A stretch of DNA of 64,000 bases from Tubiluchus corallicola (lineage: Eukaryota > Animalia > Priapulida): assembly GCA_030141605.1 (NCBI GenBank), contig JAQGDQ010000084.1, forward strand, positions 496,001-560,000, written 5' to 3'. The position numbers and the translations under genes are program-made. The notes beneath the pieces were generated by a model. That model saw nothing but the letters and a program-made list of their open reading frames with translations, was not told the origin of the DNA and did not search any database. Each line of letters begins with the position of its first letter. The first letter of the stretch is position 1. Shown piece after piece: positions 52,449 to 63,667 of the stretch.

Positions 52449-53605
52449 AGATTTATTACAATTTTATTACTATCAACCAGTGGAATAAAGTTTCAGATTT
52501 ATTACAATTTTATTACAATCAACCAGTGGAATAAAGTTTCAGATTTATTACCGTTTTATTACAATCAACCAGTGGAATAAAGTTTCAAATTTATTACATT
52601 TTTATTACAATCAACCAGTGGAATAAAGTTTCAGTTTTATTACATTTTTATTACAATCAACCAGTGTGATAACGTTTCAGATTTAATACATTTTTATTAC
52701 AATCAACCAGTGTGATAAAGTTTCAGATTTATTACATTTTTATTACAGTCAACCAGTGGAATAAAGTTACAGATTTATTACAATTTCATTACAATCAACC
52801 AGTGGAGTAAAGTTTCAGATTTATTGCATTTTTATTGCAATCAACCAGTAGAATAAAATTTCAGATTTATTACATTTTTATTGCAATCAACCAGTGGAAT
52901 GAAGTTTCAGATTTATTACATTTTTATTACAATCAACCAGTGGGATAAAGTTACAGATTTATTACAATTTCATTACAATCAACCAGTGGAGTAAAGTTTC
53001 AGATTTATTGCATTTTTATTGCAATCAACCAGTGGAATAAAGTTTCAGTTTTATGACATTTTTATTACAATCAACCAGTGTGATAAAGTTTCAGATTTAA
53101 TACATTTTAATTACAAACAACCAGTGTGATAAAGTTTCAGATTTATTACATTTTTATTACAATCAACCAGTGGAATAAAGTTACAGATTTATTACAATTT
53201 CATTACAATCAACCAGTGGGGTAAAGTTTCAGATTTATTGCATTTTTATTGCAATCAACCAGTGGAATAAAGTTTCAGATTTATTACATTTTTATTGCAA
53301 TCAACCAGTGGAATGAAGTTTCAGATTTATTACATTTTTATTACAATCAACCAGTGGAATAAAGTTTCAGATTTATTACAATTTCATTACAATCAACCAG
53401 TGGAATAAAGTTTCAGATTTATTACATTTTTATTGCAATCAACCAGTGTAATGAAGTTTCAGATTTATTACATTTTTATTACAATCAACCGGTGGGACAA
53501 AGTTTAAGATTTTTTACAATTTTATTACCATCAACCAATGGAATAAAGTTTCAGATTTATTACGATTTTATTACAATCCACCAGTGGAATTAAGTTTCAC
53601 ATTTT
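52449..53605 (+). repeat. 46-bp minisatellite, about 25 units
   Basis: AGATTTATTACATTTTTATTACAATCAACCAGTGGAATAAAGTTTC repeated. Confidence 0.95.
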
Positions 53606-53969
53606 TATTATTCTAAAGTCAAGTGCAAACAGCCTGTGGCAATATGGCGTCTGAAGTTCACACGCTATTATATGTCACTTAGTTCAAGTTATTTGTTAAA
53701 ACTGCCTTAGAGATTTTCGTTAAAAGATTTCCCGATGTGCAATAAACTCATAGGTCTATGTGTGAGTTTGGTGTCACGTAGATCTAGTTACTTGCCTTGG
53801 TAGTATTTGTAATATAATCTATTCTAATCTAATGTAGTCTAATCTATTAGTACGTGTCTCAGCATTCGTAATATAAGCGACTGTTTAATAAGCGATAACA
53901 ATTTTACTCTTTTTGCTGTGCAGTATAATCTAATTTGATTATTGTACGGCTTAGTTCACTCCATTTCGC

Positions 53970-54800
53970 TCGTCCAGTCCAGTCCATTCACTTCATTCCA
54001 ATTCACTTCAGTCCAGTCTAGTTCATTCCACTCCGTCACTCCATTCCTCCAGTCCAGTTGAGTCCAGTCCAGTTTGCTCAATCACTGCAGTCTCTTAGTC
54101 CAATCCAGTTGACTTCTGTCCAGTCCAGTCCAGTTTGCTCACTCACTGCAGTCTCTTAGTCCAGTCCAGTTCACTTCTGTCCAGTCCAGTCCAATCCAGT
54201 GTATTCCTGTCCAGTCCAGTCCAGTTCAGTCCACTCCGTCACTCCATTCCTCCAGTCCAGTTTGCTCAGTCACTGCAGTCTCTTAGTCCAGTCCGGTTGA
54301 CTTCTGTCCAGTCCAGTCCAGTTTACTCCTGTCCAGTCCAGTTCAGTCCACTCCATCACTCCATTCCTCCAGTCTAGTTGAGTCCAGTCCAGTTTGCTCA
54401 TTCACTGCAGTCTCTTAGTCCAGTCCAGTTTACTTCTGTCCAGTCCAGTCCAGTTCAGTCCAGTTTACTTCTGTCCAGTCCAGGTCAGTCTACTTCGTCA
54501 CTCCATTCCTCCAGTCTAGTTGAGTCCAGTCCAGTTTGCTCAATCACTGCAGTTTCTTAGTCCAGTCCTGTTCACTTCTGTCCAGTCCAGTCCATTTCAC
54601 TTCTGTCCAGTCCATTCCAGTTTTCTTCTGTCCAGTCCAGTCCAGTCCAGTCCAGTTTACTTCTGTCCAGTCCAGTCCAGTTTACTTCTGTCCAGTCCAG
54701 TCCAGTTCACTTCTGTCCAGTTCACTTCTGTCCAGTTCACTTCTGTCCAGTCCAGTCCAGTCCACTCCGTCTCTTCATTCCTCCAGTCCACTCCAGTTCA
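53970..54800 (+). repeat. degenerate (CCAGT)n pentamer-based satellite
   Basis: direct inspection. Confidence 0.93.
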
Positions 54801-55389
54801 TCATCTTAACGGGTAAAGGATTACACACAATAAATTCCTCTGTTGCTCGTAACACTTTCTGTACCACTCACGTTGAAATACAGCAAAAAGTTATGCTCTT
54901 TAAAACTCATAAATTATCCGCTGAGAATGTTGTAACTCTGAGCAGGAATGCCTATAAAATTGCAGTTTTGGACTGGAGTAGCTCATTAAACAGCTTTTAA
55001 ACTGCTGAATGTGTTTGTTCACAACAAAATTAAAATACCGCCTTTCCATGCATAAACAGTCACAGTTGCATAGAGTTAATTGTCGTGTTGCGGAAATAAG
55101 TTTTGAATTTTGAAAACCAGAGTAAGGCTTGATCGAATTGCGATCTGTGATAATTTATGCAATAACTGAAATTAAATGACAAGGATTACGTAAATCAAAA
55201 ATTACAATAAATGAAATGAAATGTTTTTCATATTTATCAAATTTTGCTCGAATCAGAAACGCAAAGTCTACCTTCTGATGATTGACATTGTTAACTCTTT
55301 ACCAAATAACAATGGCCATATGAATAACCTGATGTGGTGTCCTCAACTTGGGCCATCCCAGATCCTTGGATGGCTGATTCTTGCTCATT

Positions 55390-56001
55390 TTAAAAGAAAA
55401 CTGAACCCAATCTTAAATTGTAGGTCAAAACAACCTACTCTTTAAAATATTGAAAGGAAACATAACTATTTTTCAAGAATGACCTGCGTGAATGAATTAT
55501 TACCACACAAACACAATTTCACTTTTGCGCCATTAGTTCTTCGCTGTTACATGCATTTCGCCATTCGCTAGTTAGACTGCTACTAGCGCCTGCATTTTGG
55601 AAACGCATTGTACAAGAACAGGTGCTGTTCCTCTCAGTTCACATGTGTTAGTTTGTGACGTACTGCACACGTTCGACAGTTCATGCATGAGCAATACGAA
55701 TTTTTATCTTAAAACTTGCCTGGTTTTAGTACAACACACTGAATATCTTACAGGAGTACTGCACTTTAATTTTCGCTTTCTCAAATGCGTGCAACACGCT
55801 TGTGGGATATTTTTGCTCTTGAAAATTATGTTAGTTTGTGATGTCATCAATAGTTGGGTAAACCCTTTATTTCATTAAATTTTTTAATCTATTATTTGAT
55901 TATCAGAAATGCTTTTGCAATATTAATTGTGTTCAAATGTATACTTTTTATCGGACTTGAAAATTGGGTAGTATATGAAAGATCATCCTGTCTTCCTTTA
56001 A
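55390..56001 (+). mobile_element. MITE family A
   Basis: full-length similarity, TTAA at both ends. Confidence 0.88.
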
Positions 56002-56745
56002 GCAATTCTGTATAGAGCCATTGCTAAAACCTTGATTTCGTTTTATCGCTACAAATTTGTGAATTCTACTCCTTTAAAAAACATTTGGATTCCTCTTAAA
56101 TCTTTATCAACTGTCATATTAAAATGTAATTTAAAATTGTAATTATGTAAGTAAGTACAGTTTCTGTACTTAGTAATGTTAGTGAAATGTAACTATTAGT
56201 TACAATTCAAGCTACTCTTATTCTAATTTAGTTAGTTTTAGTAATCTACATTAAGATGTCTGTACAATTTTTTATTAACATCATTTGTTTTCAAACACAC
56301 CTGTACAGTTAAGTTACATAAGTGGTTCCGTTAAAAAGAATTAGTAGACTGGTAGCAAAGTAAAAATAAGTATTAAACAGTGACAACAACAACAGCAACA
56401 ACAACATCAACAGCAACAACAACAACAACAGCAGCAACAGCCACCACCACCACAACAACAGCAGCAACAACAACAAGAACAGCAACGACAAAAAGACACA
56501 GATTCTGACTGTTAAACTTTTGAGGTTTGAAGCGAATAAGTATCTACTAGGTGCTCTGAAACTTTGTAACAATTTCACTCTTCACCCACTTCACTTTTAA
56601 CCTTTACAAAGAAAAAACTTTTATGGATGAAAACCGAAAATACGTTTAACCATAAACTCATTTCGCTAATAAAACTGTATTAAATTGCCTTTTAATGAGA
56701 AAAATGTGTTACTCTGTTAGAGATATTGGATGATTAGATACTGCA

Positions 56746-57309
56746 TACTGTTGTGGATGAATAAATCCATGAATCCACTTCAATGAATCCATTTTTTATT
56801 ACTTTTTTTTATCAAACTTCCAGGTTACTGTGACAATCTATTGGCTAGGAGTTGCTTGCAGACAAATAGAATCATTTGAACGTAGACCAAAGCTAGACTT
56901 CAGTGCCTTTACTAGTTTATTCAAGTATAAGCCTACTGCTGTGGATGAATGAATCCATGAATCCACTTCAATGAATCCGTTTCTTATTACTTTTTTTTAT
57001 CAAACTTCCAGGTTACTGTAACAATCTATTGGCTGGGTGTTGCTTGCAGACAAATAGAATCATTTGAACGTAGAGCAAAACTAGACCTCACTGCCTTTAC
57101 TAGTTTACTCAAATATAAACCTACTGCTGTGGATGAATGATTCCATGAATCCACTTCAATGAATCCGTTTCTTATTACTTTTTTTTATCAAACTTCCAGG
57201 TTACTGTAACAATCTATTGGCTGGGTGTTGCTTGCAGACAAATAGAATCATTTGAACGTAGACCAAAGCTAGACCTCAGCGCCTTTACTAGTTTACTCAA
57301 ATATAAACC
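56746..57309 (+). repeat. 188-bp tandem triplication of intron end + acceptor + 5' 110 nt of exon E (exon starts at 56824, 57012, 57200)
   Basis: three near-identical units at exact 188-bp spacing; read-through of copies 1 and 2 hits TGA at 56950 and 57138. Confidence 0.95.
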
Positions 57310-57387
57310 TTGTGCCAGAAACAGCGGAGTTTCTTCCAGTGAACATCATATTGAAAGGAGAACTCACAGCCCTTCTCACCACAACAG
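57200..57387 (+). CDS. LMO7: LMO7-family exon E (complete third copy): VTVTIYWLGVACRQIESFERRPKLDLSAFTSLLKYKPCARNSGVSSSEHHIERRTHSPSHHN(S)
   Basis: cttccag acceptor, AG|gtatac donor (phase 0 to 2); aligns to LMO7 VLITLYWLGRKAQ...PHLNLKAFENLL. Confidence 0.88.
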
Positions 57388-57612
57388 GTATACAAATGTA
57401 TATAGTACTTGTTAGAGATATTTCTGTATTTTTAATTTGGTCATAAAATTCTCTTGGCTTCTTGCATTTCTGAGTTTTAAAAGAGAAACAGAGGAAATCT
57501 TTCACCTCGTATAGTCGTAAATTCGTTCTGTCTCTAGCGCACCACACAGTTTGGAACGCAAATTGGTAAATTCTTGTTAAGTAGTTTCTTATTGTCCACA
57601 GCATTAAACGTT

Positions 57613-58010
57613 AATAAGCCTTTTTACAGTTTCAGCGATTGATGATGATAGTGACACTGTCAAAGGTGAAAGGTTCAGTGTACTGGACAATGCATTTGTG
57701 TACACTTGACAACGTCTTGGCAGCCCATGCTATTGTGATAGTAACAGTTTTAACAGCTAACTAAAACCTTACCTAGTTCATTTTTCTTTTTCTTTTTCTC
57801 AAGCAAGATCCTGCTAGTAAATCACTCTACCCACAGACTAATGTATAATTAAGTAAAGTCCACACAAAAGAACTGACGTTACTGAACTGATGTGGGAGAC
57901 GGCTTTGCTTCACCCACATGTCACGTGACAGTTGTAGTTAAGACATGTATACTTAACCTTTGACCAACAGCAAGTGCGCATGCCCACAATGAAATGGTGA
58001 AAAGGCTTAT
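57613..58010 (-). mobile_element. MITE family E copy
   Basis: AATAAGCC...GGCTTATT; reverse complement of 1758-2153. Confidence 0.8.
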
Positions 58011-58094
58011 TACAGAAAACTTATTGTTGGATACAGAACTTCGTTAGATTTTAGTGATGTTTGTTATAAAGTTTGGAGTCTTATAACAGGACAG

Positions 58095-58612
58095 TTTACC
58101 TGGGTTCTGAAGTCTATTACTGTGAGGTGACAGACATCCAGACAAGGTGGTCTGGGTTCTGAAGTCCATTGCTGTGACCTTGCAGACATCCAGACAAGGT
58201 TCTTTGGGTTCTGAAAACTATTATTGTGACCTCGCAGAAATCCAGACAAGGTGGTCTGGGTTCTGAAGTCCATTGCTATGAGCTCACAGACATCCAGACA
58301 AGATGGTCTGGGTTCTGAAGTCCATTGCTATGACCTCGCAGACATCCAGACAGGGTGGTCTGGGTTCTGAAGTCCATTGCTATGAGCTCACAGACATCCA
58401 GACAAGGTGGTCTGGGTTCTGACGTCCGCCACTGTGAGCTCACAGACATCCAGACAGGGTGGTCTGGGTTCTGAAGTCCATTGCTATGACCTCGCAGACA
58501 TCCAGACAGGGTGGTCTGGGTTCTGAAGTCCATTGCTATGAGCTCACAGACACCCAGACAAGGTGATCTGGGTTCTGACGTCCGCTACTGTGAGCTCACA
58601 GACATCCTGACA
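58095..58612 (+). repeat. 52-bp minisatellite, about 10 units, with internal CCAGAC/GTCTGG inverted pair
   Basis: direct inspection. Confidence 0.93.
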
Positions 58613-58984
58613 AAGAAACATTGAGAAAAACTTTTTGCTCTCCTTACTAATTAAAATTCCGTTGTACACTTAGAGCCAGTAAGCAAATGTGCAATTCTCC
58701 TACAGGTGTTACAGGTCTCAGTGGAGGAGTCAGGGGAGGTCAAGATTAACTTGTAAACTTACAAGGGGAATTTCACATGATTCTTACCCTATGCAGATTA
58801 TGTTATTTGCCTGAGCCTAATAAAATTGATGTAAATGTTGGCCTGTAGAAATCAGAAATTTCTTAATAAACAATTGTTTTTTTAACGAACAAATATTGTT
58901 TTTTCACTTACTACATTTGTCATGAACATGGAACCTCTTGATAGATCTGGATCAGCATTATTAAAAGCACAGATTTCATAATAC

Positions 58985-59172
58985 TAGTAGTAGTAGTGGT
59001 AGTGGTAGTGGTAGTGGTAGTAATAATAATAATAGTGAATAATGATAATAATAAATAATAATAATAAGAGTAATAATAATAATAATAATAGTAAATAATG
59101 ATAAGAATAATAAATAATGATAATTATAATAATAAATAATGATAATAATAATAATAATAATAATATAATCAT
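58985..59172 (+). repeat. compound (TAG/TGG)n-(TAA)n microsatellite
   Basis: direct inspection. Confidence 0.93.
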
Positions 59173-59250
59173 GATTTTAAATTTAATAATTAGATTTTGT
59201 CATCTATAAGTGCGAAAAGTTGAGACGATTAACTGGCATTTCTATTGTAG

Positions 59251-59362
59251 TGTTCTCAGGGATAGTTCCTATGAGTCAGCTTCCGATAAGCAGGAAGACG
59301 ACATTGGAATAAGGATCATGCCAGGAAAATACAATCGAACACTAGAACTCGAGGCTGGTGAA
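59251..59362 (+). CDS. LMO7: LMO7-family exon F: (S)VLRDSSYESASDKQEDDIGIRIMPGKYNRTLELEAGE
   Basis: ctattgtag acceptor (alternative in-frame ttctcag 9 nt downstream, exon start 59260), gtaagt donor, phase 2 to 0; RDSSY resembles LMO7 RDSGY. Confidence 0.78.
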
Positions 59363-60453
59363 GTAAGTATATACTAGTATGGCTTGCATATATATATATT
59401 TGTGTGTGTGTGTGCGTGCGTAAAAAAGCATTTCCTTTCCTAAACAATCGTTTCCTAAATATTGCCACATTGCAGTTAAACCATCACAAATTATTTAAAT
59501 TTTTGAAGCTACTGCAGTTTATAAGATTTTAGTTGTACTGTGGATGCGCCCAATCCAAGCAAAGAAACAGGAAAAATTAGCATTGAACTGTTCAATAGAC
59601 CTGCAATTTATTAAAATAACAGATCACAAAAGTGCCTAAAGACGTGCAAACGTTTAATTACTATTTAGACAAAGATGAAAAATTAGATTTATGAAGACTC
59701 AAACACAAATTATTACTTTAATATTCTAGAGACTTCAAGCAATTTCTGACGATTTTAAATTATTAACTAATTATTATATTAAAGTAGATATCGACTTATA
59801 CTTACTGGTGAGTACTTTTGCTTGACAATATGACTAAATGATTACTAAATTACAACAAAAATTAAGAAATTAATTCATGTTTCACTCAACCGCATGATTA
59901 GCATGGTGAGAACAGAAAATATGACACCGTTGAGAAAGAATAGGCACGATTGATAGGTGGCTATGCTAGTCAACTAAACAAAGCTTAGGTTACGTGACAT
60001 ACTGGCTTCATTTTAAAGCACCTGGATCAAAGTCTGCAAGTTCAAAAACGCAAAATAGTTTTACAATGCGGAATCTAAATCCCATGATAGTGATGTGCAT
60101 GATTATGTAATTTTTCAGGTTCATTAGCTTTAGGTTAATGTATTATATACAGAAAATTTTCGTAGTGCATGTCTATGACACATCCCATTAATTGATTTAC
60201 ATTGAACAGCTTGGGAAGCCAAATTATCTTAAAAACTGTTTGGTTTAGAATGATCTGCACCAGCTGTTGCTGTATGATATTATTCAGTTGTGATGTTCCT
60301 TGTGTCTCTTACAGTCACATAAACCAGCACTTACAGTGAGCAGTGTTATAATACAGGTTGCAGGAAATTTCTGTTTTGTTCAAATTGTAGTGAATCTGAT
60401 GCTATGAAATTTTAAAGCTGTTGTGCCTTCTTGTCGTCCTTTTACTCTGCCAC

Positions 60454-61243
60454 TAGGAGCAGGGATGTATCAAGATTTTACGACGCCCTAGGCTGATAGT
60501 TCTGTCCAGCCTATCTCTATTGTGACTTTGTGGTTGATTATGTAATGAGCTTACCAGATAATTACTTGTGGTTTATTAGAAACACTATTAACCTAGTTTC
60601 TACGTGGTCATTATTAGTTACATGTATTTGCTTAACGCTTATATTCGAGTAGGCTGCTCAACTGCTTGTTGAGTAATACCTTGCACCTGTTTGTTATGTG
60701 GCTTTTAAAAACTATTCTCAGTAACTACCTGTGGTGTGTTATAGAATGTGCCCTTTACATGGATATGAAAGTAAAGACATTTTCTGAGGAGAATAAGATT
60801 TTTTTCTAAAATTTGGTGCCCTAGGTTACTGCCTGGTTAGCCTATTGGTTAATACATCACAGACTAGGGGCGAGCAATTCTCAATGCGAATCGAATTGAT
60901 ATGAATTTTTCACTTTCAAATTCGAATCTAACTGAGTTTGAAGATTTCAAATGCCAGTTGAATTAGAGTTTAGTTCTAAAGATTTTCGAACAAATTTTTG
61001 AATCATCAACGAAAAGCAGTTTTGCAAAGGTAATGCGTATTGCTTGTCTTTTCCTGCAGTAAAACAGTAATAAGTATTACAAAAATTGTGCATATTACTT
61101 GCTGTAGAAAAGTATGTTACTGATAAACAACGTATGTATAGTTGAAGCTGTGAATTGTTTGAATCCATAATCTCAGATTTGATGCGAGTTCAAATAAACA
61201 AAATTGGTTCAAATCGAATTCCTACGTGTGATGTTCATCCTTA
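60454..61243 (+). mobile_element. hAT-type TAGGG MITE carrying a second hAT MITE (60460-60862) in its left terminus
   Basis: inner TSD ACTAGGAG/ACTAGGGG, outer TSD TCTGCCAC/TCTGTAAC. Confidence 0.75.
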
Positions 61244-61324
61244 TCTGTAACCTCTGTGTGTAACATAATTATGAAATTCTTTTATGTAATTGTCAGATGA
61301 ATTGTAATTATAGTTTGTACAACT

Positions 61325-61795
61325 AACTGAAATTGTACTGTACCATTGTTTTTAAAACTGAATTTGTACCAACTTTTTTTAAAGACTGCAATTATACCAT
61401 TGTTTTTAAAGACTGATATTTTACTGTTGTTTTTAAAGACTGATATTTTACTGTTGTTTTTAAAGACTGAAATTATGCCATTGTTTTAAAGACTGATATT
61501 TTACCATTGTTTTTAAAATCTGAAATTGTACCATTATTTTTAAAGACTGATATCTTACCATTGTATTTAAAGACTGAAATTATACCATTGTTTTTAAAGA
61601 CTGAAATTATGCCATTGTTTTTAAATACCGATATTTTACCATTGTTTTTAAAGACTGGTATTTTACCATCGTTTTTAAAGACTGAAATTATACCATTGTT
61701 TTTAAAGACTCAAATTATACCATTGTTTTTAAAGACTGATATTTTACCATTGTTTTTAAAAACTGAAATTATACCATTGCTTTTAAAGACTGATA
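61325..61795 (+). repeat. 27-bp minisatellite (ACTGAWATTWTACCATTGTTTTTAAAG)n, about 17 units, ending in the exon G acceptor
   Basis: direct inspection; open frame (FLKTDILPL)n continuous with exon G. Confidence 0.95.
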
Positions 61796-61961
61796 CACAA
61801 GGAAGTCTTCCATCTCCTGGTGTTATCCATTCACCGGCTAGCAGCCAATGTGAGAGTGTAGGAGCAGCGGTCAACAATAGCTATAGCAACCATTCCCGGA
61901 CCATGTCAAATGTATCAAATGAAAGTGGCTCATCTGGCATTCCGTCGGCACCTTCCAGCAG
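61789..61961 (+). CDS. LMO7: LMO7-family exon G: TDTQGSLPSPGVIHSPASSQCESVGAAVNNSYSNHSRTMSNVSNESGSSGIPSAPSS(S)
   Basis: ttttaaag acceptor at the end of the 27-bp array, AG|gtggct donor, phase 0 to 2 bridging exons F and H; the 5' boundary is ambiguous. Confidence 0.72.
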
Positions 61962-62271
61962 GTGGCTCTGATTTCCTACATTGTTGTGTCAGGCTGTTGT
62001 TTAAAATGCCCGTTACTGTGACATTTTCTTGTTGTTGATAACACAGTACTTCCAAAATTGCCAATTTTAGTGCTGTAGTTATATTTTACAATTTTATGTA
62101 AAATTACTGAGAATTTGTTCTCAAACTATGTTTCCTGTGTAACTGTCATTGGATGTTTTAAATATTTAATTTTCTCACTAACATTCTGAGTGTTTCTGTA
62201 TTTTAATATCCCTGAGTTATTCATTGAGAGTATAATTTCGGATAATAAGTAATATCGTTTATTTTTCGCAG

Positions 62272-62461
62272 TAATAAGGAAGTAGAAATACCGACTCGTA
62301 ACCTGCGTAGAGCGTCAGCGCCAACCAGTCTTGTTAATCCACTGCGGTTTGTAAAAACCCCAGAGTCTAATTTAAAGCAGAAAGCCATTGAGCAGATAAA
62401 GCTGGTTGAACAAGTAAAGAAGAATAAAGAAGTTAAAGTCGAGGAAACTGATTGGCAGTCG
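62272..62461 (+). CDS. LMO7: LMO7-family exon H: (S)NKEVEIPTRNLRRASAPTSLVNPLRFVKTPESNLKQKAIEQIKLVEQVKKNKEVKVEETDWQS
   Basis: ttttcgcag acceptor, gtaagt donor, 190 nt (phase 2 to 0); P..FVK...KA..QI...E.DWQS motif recalled from invertebrate LMO7/Smallish proteins. Confidence 0.88.
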
Positions 62462-62502
62462 GTAAGTTTGGCTTCCTTGTGTGTCAAGTTATGTTAAGTA
62501 AC

Positions 62503-62925
62503 CAGTGGCGGCTTGTAGTTAAATTTAGTGGGGGCGCTGCTTCAGAAAATTTTTAGCCATTGTTTTTATATTGTGTAAAACGAAACAAACATATATATAA
62601 ACTTACACTTACACAACAGGATCAGCACTGTGTGAGCGACAGTGCTTTTTCTATTTAGCATGCAGCTTCTTATCTTGGGCATGCACACAACAGCCAAACA
62701 CCGTGTCGCTGGAACTGTGATGCGCACAGTTCCCTAAAAGAATTTTTGTAATTTTTTTCTTCAACTGGGGAAAGGCTACTGACATTAAGCTCAAGGATTA
62801 TAAAATGTACAAGTATAAAGAAAGAATTAAAGAAAAAAGACTCATTATATTGAATATTATCGATGATATCAAGTGAAATTAGGGGGTGCTGCAGTGCTGC
62901 TGTGTCTATACACAACCCGCCACTA
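62503..62925 (+). mobile_element. hAT-type MITE
   Basis: CAGTGGCGG / CCGCCACTA TIR and perfect 8-bp TSD TAAGTAAC. Confidence 0.9.
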
Positions 62926-63117
62926 TAAGTAACTAAGGAGTTTATATCAAAAAATTTAGCAAAATATTGAAAATACACAACTTTGAAACCATTTAATTAT
63001 ATTAAATTAGCAAGGAAAAGTAGTCTATTAAAATTGTGAAAGGTATTTTTAATCCTAGTGTCAAAATTAAAAACATTCTATGTAATATAGAGCAATCGCC
63101 TTATATTATTAAAAAAT

Positions 63118-63667
63118 GGAAAGAGTTTATAATTCCCCACTCAAAAATACCCTAACCCTAATCCTAATCCTAATCCAAACCTGACACTAACCCCAATCCA
63201 ATCCCTAACCCCAACCCTACCCCTAATCCCAACCCTAATCTTCATCGAACCCTATCCCTAACCCCAACCCTATCCCTAATTCCAACCCTAATCCTATTCC
63301 AACACTAACCCTATCCCTAACCCCAACCCTATCCCTAATCCCAACCCTAACCCCAACCCTATCCCTAATCCTAATCCAACCCTAACCCCAACCTTATGCC
63401 TAATCCCAACCCTAACTGCAACCTTATCCCTAATTCCAACCCTATCCCTAATCCCAACCCTAACTCCAACCCTATCCCTAATCCCAACCCTATCCCAAAT
63501 TCCCTAATCCCAACCCTATCCCTAATCCCAACCATGACCCTAACTCCAACCCTAACCCCAACCCCAAAACCACCCAACACTAACCCTATCCCTAACAATA
63601 ATCCCAAACCTAATCCTAATCCTCCTAACAAACTGATCTCTTGTATGGGGAATTGTAAGCTTTAGCC
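63118..63667 (+). mobile_element. TIR-bounded element filled with degenerate telomere-like (CCCTAA/CCCCAA/CCCTAT)n
   Basis: TTATAATTCCCCA ... TGGGGAATTGTAA inverted pair flanks the array (63150-63630). Confidence 0.7.

Noticed and set aside
54135-55000. SSPVQ-repeat ORFs
   Set aside because: (CCAGT)n satellite read in several frames
11928-55878. recurrent ORFs such as LLLKIMLVCDVINSW.. and KTCLVLVQHTEYLT
   Set aside because: Translations of non-coding MITE family A; frames are not conserved between copies
57630-57665. exon-like segment SAIDDDSDTVK with ag/gt ends
   Set aside because: Wrong phase for exon E, and it is the terminus of MITE family E
2822-58612. CRISPR-like appearance of several arrays
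   Set aside because: Head-to-tail units with no unique spacers, eukaryotic context, no cas genes
63150-63630. true telomere, or PN/GL-repeat protein
   Set aside because: Degenerate, internal to an intron, flanked by TIRs and unique DNA
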